A stretch of 64,000 nt of DNA, taken from the NCBI GenBank assembly GCA_012295275.1, contig CM022676.1:10106001-10170000 (forward strand). The letters run 5' to 3'. The translations under genes were made by a program, and so were the position numbers. A model generated the notes under the pieces. The model was not told where the DNA came from, did not search any database, and saw only the letters and a program-made list of their open reading frames with translations. The DNA comes from Chrysomallon squamiferum (taxonomy: Eukaryota; Animalia; Mollusca). This document shows, piece after piece, positions 43,023 to 58,171 of the stretch (its first letter is position 1; the number at the start of each line of letters is the position of its first letter).

Positions 43023-43701
43023 CATTGACAGTTTAATTCGTTCCCTGACCGAGCTCATAACTCAATTTGCTCGTATATCAAATCAATTGTCCCAAATGAA
43101 ATTAACTGGAATACCATTAATCCGTTCCACCCCCCCCCGAAACCACCCCATTTTTTTTGTAAAGTATTTTATAAATAAGAAAAAATATATTGATAAATGA
43201 CAAATAATGTATGCAAAACAAAATAAAAGAGGATGTAAAGAAATAAATTTGTTTTGTAAAGAGTATTTATCTTGGAGATAGATAATTTTTTTTAGCGCCT
43301 CTGGCTGGAGTTACAGCCTTTATCGACTCCTTCAGCTTCAGTGAGGCACATATCGTAGAAGTACTACACTCGTACTGCCTAGCCAAGTCGACTACACACA
43401 CACCTCACTCATGTTTTTCTATGATTCCATGCTTTAATTCAATGGACATCATCCGCTTCTTCTTCTTTGCACTGTCATTTGCACTCACTTTCTTAGGATC
43501 CATGAAATTTGGCAAAATACTGCACAAAAACGCGAACACAACACAACAAAGATGCTTTCACGGCAAGGTAAGCATGTGAAGTTAATAATGAGTGAGACGT
43601 GAGATGCTGGGCGGATGTTGTGTTGTTCATTGCGCCAACTAGCGGCGGTGTATCTGAAGCTCGCTCGTAACTCGGAAAACTCGTAAGTCAAGGTACCAGT
43701 G
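43023..43701. mobile_element. Tc1/pogo(Tigger)-like non-autonomous DNA element between genes C and D
   Basis: Right end ...CTCGTAAGTCAAGGTACCAGTG|TA and eroded left end TA|CATTGACAGTTTAATTCGTTCC.... Its left ~300 bp is homologous, in inverted orientation, to 5554-5874. The superfamily is inferred from TA-CASTG termini. Confidence 0.65.
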
Positions 43702-43851
43702 TATTTATTTATTTGTGTCATTTGTTGGAGTTCAATGTACGTTTTAAAATGTAGACTGACTTTAGCTGTAGAGATGTAAACCATATTTGTATTTATTAAA
43801 TTCTTGATGGAAATAATTATTTCCTATGCAGAGTGTAATAATACATTTCAC

Positions 43852-43883
<32 letters not shown>

Positions 43884-45309
43884 CATTTTATTGTGAGAAA
43901 AAACAATTATATGGTTTTTGATGTTCTGTTACCATGGTGACCACAATATTGGCTGGTAGTTTTGGTTGTTTTTCAGATTTATTTATCATAATTATATATT
44001 TTTGTTCCTCTTTATTCTTAATCATAACATACACATAATAAAAGAACTGACAAATATTTTGATATATTATTTTCTTTAATTTTTTATTTATTTATATATT
44101 TATTTCAAAGTACAAAATAGCAACAACATTAAAGTAAATGGAATTTTACTTTAAAAAACAAAACAAAATTGCATACATATATTTTTGCACAATGCAGTAG
44201 GTTTAACTAATTTGTCTAATATAACTGACCATACTGGTTTATTTGTAAACAGTAACTTTAGAATAAACAAATTATATATATATATCCTGCAATATCTCTA
44301 GATAGTGGCAAAATATAATGATTAGATGAATTTCTGGATATCCATGTGTTTTTGGGATGGAACTGTATTAACTTTGATAAATTACCTGCTATTTACACAT
44401 ATATAAATATACAAAATTATTATGTGAGAGCATAAAAGTTAATTTTATTTGGTTTTTCTTTTATTTAGGAAAGCAGAATAAAAGAGATAACTGGTTATTG
44501 TTTTAAGATCTGTGGTCAAATGGTTTGAGGCCACTCGGCAAAGCCTTGTTGAAGTGAACCATTCTCACCTTTGCAAGATATATAATAAATTTTCATTGTA
44601 TCTCATTTCAGTTATATTTTTATAGTATGATAAAAATCATTCTTGACTGCAGAAAATGTCACTTAAAAAAAAAGAAGAATTTTCATGATATATTCATGAA
44701 CAATATATATGTAATATAATAACATAATAAATATTTTTAATGATTACAGTCATATTTTTTAATTCAATAAAGCAACATTTGGAAGTCATTAAATAATTTT
44801 ACAAGCAGAATTCTTACTTCATTATCAATAAATAAATAAATAAAAACCAAAGAGCGTAAATAATAATAATAAACAAAAAAACAAAGAAAAAAAATGTGAT
44901 TAAATGTTGTTAATAATAATGAGAACTCAGTAATAAAAAATATATATTAAAAAATACATATTTGAATATATTACAAACCACAACACAATACCAATGCCAC
45001 TAGTTGACACTTTCAGTCTATGAAGGATTCAAATAAATTACTTTTTATAAACAATCAAAATTACTGAAGTTGAATATGGAAAACATTTTTTAATAAAAAT
45101 TAGTTTATGTAAGTAAAATGTTTACATTTCTGAAGAGACAAAGAAAATAAAAAATTGTTCAATACATTATGAACAGAAATCAAATAAAAAATGTTATTCA
45201 CAAATTCATGCAAATTTATGCAACTCAAATATTCATCACTTATGCAAAGGAGACAATTTTATAGATTTGTAGATGAAAGTAGAAAACAAATTCAGTGGTA
45301 AGAAAGCAG

Positions 45310-45520
45310 CACAATTTTGTAGATTTTAAGAAGATATTTTGTAAACCAATCTGATCATTAGACAACATCACAATTTTGTAGATTTTAAGAAGAGATTTTG
45401 TAAACAAATTCAGTCATAAGTCATCATCATAATTTTGTAGATTTTAAGAAGATATTTGGAAAACAAATTCTGTCATAAGACAACATCACAATTTTGTAGA
45501 TTTTAAGAAGAGACTTGGAG
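45310..45520. repeat. ~61-bp tandem repeat, about 4 copies
   Basis: Recurrent CACAATTTTGTAGATTTTAAGAAGA.ATTT.G.AAACAAATTC.GTCATAAG. Confidence 0.8.
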
Positions 45521-46515
45521 AACTAAGTACAATTCTTCCTTGGTAGCTGTTAATTTGTTTTTAAATAAAGTAACAGTTTGTACATATGAGTGAAAATTAT
45601 TCAGTATACTGTAACGTTAATGTTTAACAAATATTGTTATGTTTTTCTTTGATTTTTATGATGAAAATGTATGGATAGCTAATTTTTCTGTTTCTGTAGG
45701 TAATCATTAGCATGTAGTTAAGGATTTTTTATATGAAGCTTCTCACAAAACATTTGATGAAATCGTATTTGTATCTACTGAATCAGATATCAAAATATCC
45801 ATGAATATTATAAAACAACCTAATATCAACTCATACTGATTTTGAAAAATTAAATTATTCATATTTACCTAATCAGAGACCAAAATATTAGCTCATTATT
45901 ATTATTATTTCTTATTATTATTTATTTTTATTTTTGTACTGATTGTTGTATTCATTTTTATTATTATCTGTTTATTTATTTTTAGTTTTTTCCTAAATTT
46001 TTATGTTAATTTTTATATGTGTAGGTAAATATTAATAAAAGATTTAAAATCATTTGTAATCATTTGTATTTTAATAAAAAAATATCAAACCATCTAATAG
46101 GATATTCATTATTTTTATTACAGAAGAATCTAAAAGGATATCAGCATTTTTTATAGCTTATTAATATTACTCATATTTACCTAAGTGAAATTTTGGTACA
46201 TTTACTTAATCAGATTCCAATATTTTAATAACTAAATATCAACACATACGAATAAATTTTATTTAATGAATTAAAATTAATCATATTTATATAAACAGAT
46301 TTGAATGTTTTGACAACATATTAATATTCTTCGTATCTTCCTTATTGAAACCCATTTTATTAAACTGCTAAAAAATGAAACATTAAAATTATTCCTTTTA
46401 ACTAAATATAAGTATTTTAATAACACATCAGGATTAATTATTTTTACCGAACTGGATACAAGTAAGTTAATAACAAAAATATCAAGCCATGTTATTAAAC
46501 CATTATTTCTTTTAC

Positions 46516-48030
46516 CTAATCTTTTACCATTTCTCGTAGTTTTGTACTAACAGGAATTGCACAAGTCTCCACATCAGATATGCTTTCCAACATTGGTCTA
46601 AAATAAAATAAAATAAAATCATAAAATTAAACAAGTAAATAACTAATAAAAAATTAAATTGACGAAGTTGCTGAAACTTGATTTTATAAAGTAATAACAA
46701 AGATAATAACAATTAGAAATATACACGTGTGTTTAAAAAAACAAAACAAAAAAAGACATAACAAAATAATAATAATAAAAATGAAAACAACAACAATCAG
46801 TACAAAAACAAAATTAAATAAAATGAGTAATAATAATAATAATAATAATAATTAATAATAATAAGAAGAAGAAGAAGAAGAAGAAAAAGAAGAAGAAGAA
46901 GAAGATGATGAAGAAAAAAATAAATAAAATAGTGATGACAATGACACTGATAATGATTAAATGACGACAGAAGAAAAAAAAAAGACCACTTTATCAAATA
47001 ATGTCATACCAATAACAGCAATTAAAATAATTTAAAAACTTGTCTCAAAAGTTACCTTGCACTGCTTGAAGGACGCTTATGTCGTAGCAAAGGAACACGA
47101 TAAGAAATCCAGAAATCTTTAATTTAAAAAAAAAAAATTATTAATAAAAATGAAATATTCAACATGATAAAAGTGCATTTGAGCGTATGAATATGTGCCT
47201 ATATTGATTCATACTAAGTAAATAAAATGTGATATTGACTGACTGCATTGTTTTTCTCGATCAGCATTTGTGGTGCCACGTAACCAAATATAGATTCAAA
47301 ATATAAAGGAGATAAATCAAAAGAAAGAAAAAGTAAAAGTATTTCTTCAATATACTAAAATAAAGGAAAATGTAAAGTTTACTATATTTTATCCTATTTC
47401 GTAACAAATATATTTTTAATTTTATTTATTTATAAAATTAATAACAATAATCGTAAAAAAAAAAATTATAAGAAAACTTCAAAACAACCTTTAATTTAAA
47501 TAAAAAGCACTTTTACAGTACATAAATAAATAGCTATATTAAGATTTGGATAATTCCTGGCTTTTGTTTTATTTACATCCCTGGTAAAAACTGAGTTTCC
47601 TAATATAATTAACAAACACAATTGTTTCTTCTGAGAGAGTCATTTATCCTTTTATCATAAACATCATTTCAGACACTTATACATTCAAATGAAGAAGAAA
47701 AAGAAAAAAAAAAGTATTAGAGTTATTTCAGTGTAACCATATGGTTGAATCACCTAACCACCTGCACCCCGAAAAATGAATCTGAATCTGCCACTTTATG
47801 GTTTTAAATGATACTCACCATTTCGTATGCAGCAAACTAGAATTAAAACCATGCTTTGTGTGATAATTATTATCGCTAGAAGAATCACACCTATCATATT
47901 AGCAACAGGTTGTTTTTTAGACTCCAGCTTCTTCGCTTCTGAAATAGATAAAAAAATTAAACAAAGGCATCAGTCAACTGACATATTGGCAGATTCTTTA
48001 CCGATTAAAATAATAACAATAATAATTAAA

Positions 48031-48091
<61 letters not shown>

Positions 48092-48665
48092 TAAAAAAAA
48101 AACAAATAAATAAATAAATAAATAAATACATTTTTTTTTTTTTTTAAATCATTAAAAATTCAGTTCATTAAAAAGAAACTAGCAACATGCAGTTTTGAAC
48201 ATTGCTGCTATACTATACCAATAATAAATAAATAAATAAACAAATAACACTCAACTTTTTAAAACAGAAGGTAACTGCACTAGAACCTAAATAAATAAAT
48301 GTTTTACTGACTGGTGTTATCAACAAACATTTTGGCAAAATTAAAAAGAAAGAAAAAGTAATAGTATTAATTATGGCAAATTCCTTATACATTAATTAAA
48401 ATAAATAAATTAAAATGTAACCAATAAAACTTTACTTTAACAAGTGAAGTTTTAAGCAGTTTTATTTTACTGTCATATTTTGTTATTATCAATCAAAATA
48501 TGGCCTAAAGTTTCAGATAAAATGAACTCAGCAGGAAAAGTTGAGAGAGCAAGTAAAACGACAAACTAAAACTGGAAAACATCCGTTATTATATTTCTAT
48601 GTTTGCAAATAATTACAAATTTTACTGACTACTTCCTTTCTGAAAAATCTCTACCAGTCCACATA

Positions 48666-48722
<57 letters not shown>

Positions 48723-48996
48723 ACACAATTTGTACAGAAGAAAAAATACAAAAAACAAAAAACAAAGAATGATAAAAATAAATAATAATTTGTAAACAGT
48801 TTAGGAGACAATTTATGACATATCTGAGAAAGCTACCTTTCTGCAGAAAGAATATTTTATCTAACTGAAGCAAACAAGAACAACAAGAACAATAAGAACA
48901 AGGACATGTACAAGAAAAAACCATCAGTAAAATAATAATAATAATAATAACAATAATGATAAGAAGAAGAAGAAGCAGAAAAACAACAAATATAAC

Positions 48997-49031
<35 letters not shown>

Positions 49032-50033
49032 CAGTAATAACAATAAAAAGATTAACACCAACAATAATAAAAATAGAAATAATACCAACAACAACAGTAA
49101 TGGTAATAAGTTTCACTAACCTCCTTTCCGAAAAATCTTCATCTCTATTGGTTTCGATGAGCCTGCTGCATTGATTGCCATGCAACTGTATCGCCCAAAA
49201 CTGGTGTTAGTGACTGGAATAAAGGTTAGAGTTCTGGTTTTGATGGTCAAGGGAGCATCGTAAAACCACCACGAGTAATTCATTTCTGGTGGATTGGCAT
49301 GAAAATCACAGACTAATGTAAAATTATCTCCAACTTGTGTCATATATTCATCAGAAATCTGGTTAGACTCTGGAGCATCTGTTTATAAATAAAAAAAATG
49401 AATGAATGAATAAGTGAGTAAGTAAGTAAAAAAAAAAAAAAAATGAACAAACAAATAAGTAAATGAATAAATAAATAAATACGTGAGTACACAAATAAAT
49501 AAACAAATAAGTAAACAAACAAATAAATAAATGAATAAACAAACAAACAAATAAATAAATGAATAAACAAACAAACAAACAAACAAATAATTAAATAAAT
49601 AAATAAATTAATAATAATAAATAACAATAACTAACAATAAATAAGGATAATAACAATAATGATGATATTGGTGACTGATGTGTGTGTGGGTGCACTTGCA
49701 CATAGATAAAATTGATACAAAGACAGAGATGAGTTTGTGCATGAGGGAGAAAAAATTCGAAATGTATAAAGTTACTTACACTCAACAGAAAGATTAAATG
49801 GAACAATAACCTCTCCTTTGTAATTTGAGACTTTACAAAGCCAGGGTCCATTAATATTCGATGTAGCAGATGTAACATTTAGGACACCATCCGTAGTGAT
49901 CCTTCTCCCATTATAGTACCAACCAACACTAGGATCAGGAGAAGCTTCTGTCAAACATCTGATCACAGCAGCCTCTCCATGCTTCAGTGTTATGTTATTT
50001 TCAGGTATTGTTTTTGTATTCTGGGGAGCAACT

Positions 50034-50071
<38 letters not shown>

Positions 50072-53000
50072 TGTTTTCAGATTTAACCTTTTAACATGGT
50101 TCATAGTTATATACTGCTTTTATCTTTAGGGGTGCAGTTAAAAAAATAAAATAAATTAAAAATAAATAAAAATATTCTAAATTTGACCACAGATGTGCTT
50201 AATAGTTATATCTTGTTATATCTTGTTTTTTGTCTTTAGAAGTACAATTAAGAAAAAATAATAATAATAATAAAAATAAATAATAATAATAATAAAAAAA
50301 TAAAAATAGTCTTCATTTAATTTGTCATTGTGCATCCACATTTTATATTTTAATGTTTCATAGTTACATACTGTGATTGTAAGAAAATGTGTGGAAAAAT
50401 GTGTGTGAAATCAAATGTTTGTTATAAGAATAAAAATAAAAACTTGAATATTCAAACATTTTTTTAGGCCTCATATTCATAAACTTTAAATACAAATTAA
50501 AAGCATTTCTTTAGGCCTCATATTCATAAACTTTAAATTAAAAATAGACTTACATTCTATTCGTAATGTTATTTTCTCACTCTCAACAAGCGATGTATTA
50601 ATTGACGGTATACATTTGTAAACGCCACTGTCGTTATACTGTGAGCTAAGAATCGTCAATGATGCTCTGTTGATTCTGTCACCATCCAGGTAATGTTTAG
50701 AACTTGTATTAAGTGTTTCAGTATCCTTGGTCCATCTTAGGAAGAAGCGTTTGTCAGTTGTGGTGATGATACACATAAGGGTGACATTCTTTCCAATAGT
50801 TGTATTGTAAAACTTGTGAATCAACAAAATATCAGGCTGATCTAATAGATGAAATAAAAATGAAAATTAATTTTGGGTCGTTTTTTTTTTTTTTTTTTTT
50901 GGAACAGTGATGATAATATAGAAAATAATATATTATAATAAATAATTAAAAATTCATTTTTACTAATAATTGTTTGTTAATGTTGAAGAGCTGATATATC
51001 AGCAAAATATCAGGCTGTTCTAATAGATGAAATAAAAATGAACATTAATTTTGATGCATTTTCTTAAACTGTGTTGACAATACAGAAAATAATAAATTAT
51101 AAACAGTAAGTAATTAAAAATTCAGTTTACTAATAACTGACATACATTGTTATATTGTGGAATTTGTTGCATGAGTACAGTATTTGCAGATCTGCTAAAG
51201 AAATAAAAAATATTTTTCTTGATGACAAAACAGAAAACAATAACATTCACTTTGATTCCTCTGTTGTGTAACATGTGTATCAGCTAAATATCAGTTAACT
51301 AAATCTATAATTTATTTATCTATTGTTTTTGAAATATCCAATCAGTTACTAATTACAGCTATTAAATCAATTGACTTTTATTATTTATTGTCTCAAATAC
51401 ACCAAAAATTCAATTATTTAATTACTAATTATTGCCATTAAATCAATTACCTTTTATTATTTATTTGTTTCAAATACCGTAGAAATTAATTATTTAATTA
51501 CTAAATACTGCTATTAAATCAATTACCTCTTATTCTTTATTGTACCCCAAAAATTCAATTATTTAATTACTAAATACTGCTATTAAAAAAATTAACTTTT
51601 TTATCTATTATTTGAAATATCCAATGATTTCAGTTATTCATTTACTAATTATTGCTATTAAATCAATTAATTTACATCTCTGTGTACTGAAATATATACC
51701 AGTGACTTTCAGTTATTCAGTAAATAATTAATTTTGTTTAAATCAATTAATTTATTTCTTAGTTTTGAAACAGACACCAGTGACTTATTCAGTAACTAAT
51801 TTTTATTTAAATCAATTAATTTATATCTCTACGCTTTCCAATACAAACCAATAACTTCCAGTGAGACCGCGGTAGAGATTTCAGCATTCGGTACCGCGTG
51901 AGCCATCTCACACACAATACGTTTCTCGTGGTCTTTTCTTCGAAATAGGATTTTAACTGTGTTAATGACGTCAACTGTGCCTTCATTGTTTTTTATTTCT
52001 TTTTGCTCTCCCTTGTAGAAAACACCTCCAATGAGCCAAGATAACATGGCTCCAGGCAAGCCATCAATTGACTTACACTTCAGTTCTGCTTCTGCGCCAT
52101 CAATCACAGTTGCAGACAAGATGATGGGTTCTTCTGGCTTGACTACGGAAAATTAATACATTAGGTCATTAGTATATATAAAGATTTTTAATTTGTAATA
52201 GTCAAACTATGAAAAAGCAATGTATTAAGTCATTAGTGTTTATACAGATTTTTAAAATGTAATAGCCGAACTATGAAAAAGAAATGTATTAAGTCATTAG
52301 TGTTTATAAAGATTTTTAAATTGTAATAGCCGAACTATGAAAAAGAAATGTATTAAGTCATTAGTGTTTATACAGATTTTTAATTTGTGATAGTCAAACT
52401 ATGAAAAATAAATATATTAGTGTATATAAAGTATTTAATTTGTAAATGTAAATATGAAAAATAAATATATTAGTATAGATAAAGATTTTTATTTTTGTAC
52501 AGTAATATAAAACAAACTGTGTAAAGTTACAGAGGTAAATGCAATTTTTTGAGGGCAAGGTATTAATGTTTCAAAAATAATAAAATTATTAAAAGGAATA
52601 AAAACTTTATTTTGAAATATATAACAGTCCTTAAACAGTCTGACACTATATTCAGCAAATTGTCGTTTGGCTATGTACAAGTATTAAAATATGGTTAGCT
52701 AATTGTATCAGTCTGAAGTTAAAAAAATATATATATTTTCCATAGTGTCATGCTAACTTGATTTCCTCTGGAGATAACTACATGAAATTTTATGCAAAAT
52801 GGAACCTCCTTTGTTCGAGGATTATAGTTAATCAGGCAATTTTACAATTTTCACGTGTTTTTACTTTCATCTTTATATGTAAATGTTTCTTTTGGTATCG
52901 TTTTAAATTTTTGTTTTTAGTACTGCTCTCAGTAAATTTTAAAATTGTGAACTTACCAAACACATATATTATTCTTGACAGTTTTTGTTGTTTTTTTCTT

Positions 53001-54628
53001 TCATCTTTGTATGTAAGGGTATATGTAAGTAATTTTGTTAGTATCTGTCATCAATTTTTGTTTTAACTACAGCCCTCAATACTTTTTCAACTTACTGAAC
53101 ACATATATTCTCCTTGTGTTGTTTTCTCGTTGCTCTCTGTAGGTAATGTCACATGTATAAGTGCTCATGAACGGGTCTTCATTCATTTCCCTGGTTGGTA
53201 AAACATAATAAGTGTGAGACACAGTGAAAAGATCTTGCCCGTACTTCAGTATGACACTTTTCTCTGTATGTAAATAAGTGTGTGGATTATCCCATCTGTA
53301 GAGGATAATCTCCACATCAGTTGTTGGTACATTAACCTCACAAGACAGCGGTGATGTTACATACTCCACATAAATGGGTCCTGTTATGTTTGGTCTCTCA
53401 ACTTAAAAAAAAATATATATATATATATAAAAATTAAAAATAATAATAATAAAAATTAATTATAACTTATAAATTAACTTATTTAATTCACTAAAACAAT
53501 AAACAGTACTTATTTTTAAAAAACAATGACGAAAAACCAATTTATAAGATAGCATTAGTCAGATGCATAAAAAAAAAAAACCAGACAAAATAAAATACTT
53601 AAAATTTTAAATGTATGCTTGGTCCAACATTAAATGAATGCAAATAACATAATTATACAGAGCTACTAGTTCAAAATTACTGAGATTCAAATACCTGCGT
53701 AGTGGGGCTCTACAATGATTTTATCCCTTTTATCTATTAAACCCTTGAATCCTGACATATATAATGACAAACAAGCAACACAGCTTCAACCCTAGCTCCA
53801 AAGTGTAAAATATCAAGTTCTGTACAAGAGTTAATTCAGTTGGCAAAATTGACAGGTTTAAATAATAATAAGAAATTTCTTACAATCATGCTTGGTCTTT
53901 GAATCCTTTTGGTTTCACATTTTGGGGAAAACACATACTGTGGTACTTTGCTAGCAAGTGTTTTGGGGAAAATTTGCTACTTTTCCTCCTACTGTAAATA
54001 AACATTTTCTAGCAAATCTCACCAACACTGGTTTTCTAACATGTCAAGACATCTTAACAAGCGTTTTCTAACATATCAAGGTATCTCATCAACAAGTTTT
54101 ATAACATATAAAGATATCTCATCAACAAGAGTTTTCTAACATATCAAGATATCTCATCAACAAGTTTTCTAACATATCAAGATATCTCATCAACAAGTTT
54201 TCTAACATATCAACATCTCATCAACAAGAGTTTTCTAACATATCAAGGTATCTCATCAACAAAACCCCTCAAACAAGTGTATGATTAACAAGGTCAGAGT
54301 AGGCAATTACTCTCTTTCATTTTGACAAAATGGGAAAATTTCATCAAGTGAGAAGAAACTGGTATTTATGTTTTTATCAGTGTAACATTTTGAGCAAATC
54401 ATCAATTCTGTGTCCCTTATCAAGTCTCCATCCACCCATGAATACATACATACATACATACATACATACATACACACACAAACTTATATGCAGAAATGGA
54501 GCCTGTAATTATAAAAATGTTTAGGATTAAAACAATAATCACTTACGGACAAATTCAGATTCCACAAAAATAAAACAGTTAATAGACAGGATTAGGCAGG
54601 TATACTTCACAGCATCCCAGAAGGCCAT
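46516..54628 (-). CDS. IgSF gene D: SP + 5 Ig + TM + ~50-aa cytoplasmic tail, about 580 aa
   Basis: Minus-strand exons 54628-54547 (MAFWDAVKYTCLILSINCFIFVES), 53401-53096, 52142-51849, 50841-50554, 50031-49780, 49378-49121, 47938-47819 (TM MIGVILLAIIIITQSMVLILVCCI-R), 47116-47056 (DFWISYRVPLLRHKRPSSSA), 46597-46516 (RPMLESISDVETCAIPVSTKLREMVKD*). Junctions are GT-AG and frame-consistent. Ig motifs include DSGVYKC and FGRYSC. Confidence 0.87.
52140..52490. repeat. ~66-bp tandem repeat including the gene D D2 acceptor region
   Basis: Recurrent ACTATGAAAAAGAAATGTATTAAGTCATTAGTGTTTATA.AGATTTTTAA.TTGTAATAG; the first copy overlaps the acceptor at 52143-52144. Confidence 0.8.
54030..54265. repeat. 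~30-33-bp minisatellite
   Basis: Unit TTTTCTAACATATCAAGATATCTCATCAACAAG. Confidence 0.85.
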
Positions 54629-54938
54629 AATATCAGACAGTGAGTTAATAATCTGTTAAAATGTGAAAATCTAAAAAAAAAAAATAATAATAAAAAAAGA
54701 ATTAATAAATAAAATAAATAAATAAATAACAAATATCCACTCCCAAACAAACAAAAACAAAAAAAGAGTAAAAAGAAATGAAAAGAAAAAAAAATAGAGT
54801 TAATGATAATTATATTCTACTCTATTGTTTCTTACACAAATTTAATGTTTTGTAATTATAAGTAAGCCATTGTCAATGAAATATGATTTAACTTAACACT
54901 GAATAATGATTTGTAATTTCAAAATTAACTTAACATGT

Positions 54939-54978
<40 letters not shown>

Positions 54979-55380
54979 GTATAAAATGATTCATTATAAT
55001 CGTATTTTATTTAAGTGTACCCATGAAAAACCTTATAAACTTCACACACACACACCATCGCACACTTTGATAACTTTAACATTTTTATCAGAAACCATGT
55101 TTCGTGGGCATCAACTACATGATTCTAAGCTCTTCAAATGGTCTAAAAATATATTCATTTACTTCTGCAAACAGTATTTTCTGTAGTAACGTATACTAAT
55201 AAATCAAAAGGTTAAGAAACTGTTTGGAGATTGAAATTTAATTTTTATTTAATATTTTAGATGAATATGAGAACTTTTAAATTTTAAAATAATTTACTCG
55301 TAAAGTTCATTTTAAAACTAGCTTGAAAATAGGAATTATTCCAGCCCTTCAAGATGATGATGATGATGATGATGATAATG

Positions 55381-55412
<32 letters not shown>

Positions 55413-55971
55413 TTTAGGTTAATTCATTGTAATACCAAAGATAAATTTAAAATACACGCAGAAAGAATTTTACATTAACTAAAATTTATTTATGGTTTTC
55501 TTTCTTCATCTTCTCGTCTTTATTATTATTATTATTATTATAATGATTATTATTATTATTATTATTATTTTAATATTATTATTATTATGATTACCGTGCC
55601 TTATATTATTTTAAATAAAACATATTGATCGTATAATTTATTATCTTAAATTTTAATGGAGAGAGAGAGAATTGTATATAAATAACGATTTTTGAAATCA
55701 CATCAATATAATCTCATTTAATTTTTATCATGAGGGGAGAGAAATTTTGATGACGGAAGTCGCTGATAATACTAGTAATAGCCTTTCTCGAGGAAATTTG
55801 TTTACACCAATGAGAGACCTCATTAAGTTTCTTTATGGTTACATTAACTGTAGAACTAATATCATCTCTGTGCCTCTTTAGTAATGTTCAGGTAATTAAC
55901 AGCCACTTACATTAATTGTTAATTTACGATATTTTTCATTGTTATTTCTGGCATATTTCTGATCCTGATCG

Positions 55972-56003
55972 TGATGTCACGTCCTTTACATATGGCGGGA
56001 AAA
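55972..56003 (-). promoter_or_regulatory. Candidate promoter module of gene D (E2F site + CRE-like)
   Basis: Minus strand TTTTCCCGCCAtatgtaaaggacGTGACATCA, followed by a donor |gtaagt near 55910 (probable non-coding exon 1). Confidence 0.5.
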
Positions 56004-56614
56004 CTAAGTTCTACTAAAAAGCAAACGATCCCGTCTCAAAAACAGTGAACTAAAATATATTGTTTATGCTAGGTGTATTTTAAGAATTTAAAGTGATATA
56101 AAGAAATACTCTTAATGTATTATTCCAAATTATTATGTTGTTGTTTGTTTGTTTTTTTTGATTTTTTTTTTTCTGTATAAAATTAACAATGAATACAACA
56201 ATAATTATGAGTAATTTAAAAATATTTGTGTGGCTGAGTGTGACATTATCAATTTTTCTTTCTTTCTTAGAGCAATACAGCTAGCTATCTGTCAGGCATG
56301 TACGCGATGACGCCATTAGTCAAGTTTGTGTTAATATAAAATGGCGGCTTTCAGATAATTTATTACAGTATCATTTTATTATCAAACTTTGTTATCATCG
56401 ATAGTAGGTCGCCCAAAATAGATACATATTTATATGTATGTATGTTGTGTGTGTGTGTGTGTGTGTTAATATATAATTATGTTGTCTGGACATCGGATGG
56501 TGAGATTTATTCTTAATCAAAACAAAAAGATGAAATAATTTAGTAATGTGTTTAAGTTCATTTAAAAAAAAAAACTGAAATTAAAAAAAAAAAAAAAAAA
56601 AAACACCACCCCCC

Positions 56615-56650
<36 letters not shown>

Positions 56651-57698
56651 ACAAAACCCTGAAAAAAAAAATAATAAAAAAAATAGAATCTGTCCAAACA
56701 TTATTAATTATTTCTTATTTCATAAATTGGATGGAATTTGGAAACTACTGTATAAAATTAATTTTATAAACTGAACAAAAGAATTCATTCCACAAAATAT
56801 AATAGATTTTTCACACGAAAACGAAGTGATATAAACAAGCTTCAATATGAAACAAGATTCATATAAAAAATTTCTATCAAATGAGTAGAAAAATTAAAAC
56901 CAAATTATGTTTAATGAGCTTTATGATACATAGGAAATACATGTATTGAAAAGGTTTCTTGTTAATTTCAGTTTTAATTTCTTTTATTACTTTTTATTTA
57001 TGAATCGAAAATTTTTTTTATTAAATGTTTGATATGCTTTGAATTTTATTATTTTATTATTATTATTTAATTTTTTTCTAAAGAAATAAAACCCATTGTT
57101 TATATTTCAGTTTTATTTTCATTTAAAACTAATGGGGTTTTCTTGTTATACAGTTGTTTGTATGCATTTGTACACATCAATTTGTGTTTGGCTTGTTAAT
57201 TTTTCTTTTATAAATATAGATCTTTCTTTTTAGAAGTATGTAAAAATAATAACAATAAAAATAAAAAAAAACACTTATGAATGAGTATATGTTTAATACT
57301 TTTCTTAAATTTTTATTTTATTTAATACAGGGTATGAATGTTTTGTTTGTCTAATATTATTCCATTCTTCAAGTATATAAAAATTGTCCATTTTTAATTT
57401 GACATACAAACTCTCTCTCTCTCTTTGGAAGTATTATTTTTTTTATTTCATTGTCATGAAGGATGAGCTCAGTCATATAAATGATCAAAAATCTGAAACA
57501 ATAAAATAATTACATATAATTATTAAAAAGTAAATTAATATAAAATTAAGAAATTAAAACTTAAACAAATTTTTTACTAAGTATTTAAACACTCTTTTTT
57601 CTCCTTGATGTAATAAATATATTTAGTTTAACAAATAATGCAAGTCTAATGTAGGGATTTAATTTTTATTTCTTACCTTTTGTCTTTAATGTGTAGAT

Positions 57699-57782
57699 TT
57701 AAACTTTTTTCAAGTCATCAGTGGCACACTTATATTGAATATTTTTCATATCTCCTTGAGACAGAGGTCTGAAAAACAAACA

Positions 57783-57840
<58 letters not shown>

Positions 57841-58138
57841 TAATAACAATAATAATAATAATTTAAAAACAAATATATAAAAAATAAATAAAATCGAAAT
57901 TACAGGAACTTGAAAATTTTGTGGGAGTCCAGAAAACTTATAAGTGGATATAGAAATATTTATTATATAGAGTTCCGTTGTTTATTTTATATTTTAAGTA
58001 TATGTTAAGCCATGCCAATCCAAAAATCAATGTCACCTATGGTCCCATGCTTGCCTGATAAATGTTCTGGTAGCTGTATAAATAATTTTTAAATAACATT
58101 ATTATATTTATTATATTAGTTTATTATTATTAGTTTTG

Positions 58139-58171
<33 letters not shown>

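Noticed and set aside
47056-47116. ITIM in the gene D tail (ISYRVP)
   Set aside because: Position Y+3 is Pro, not Leu/Val, so it is not a canonical ITIM. No ITAM or ITIM was found in any tail, so an activating/inhibitory pairing is unproven.
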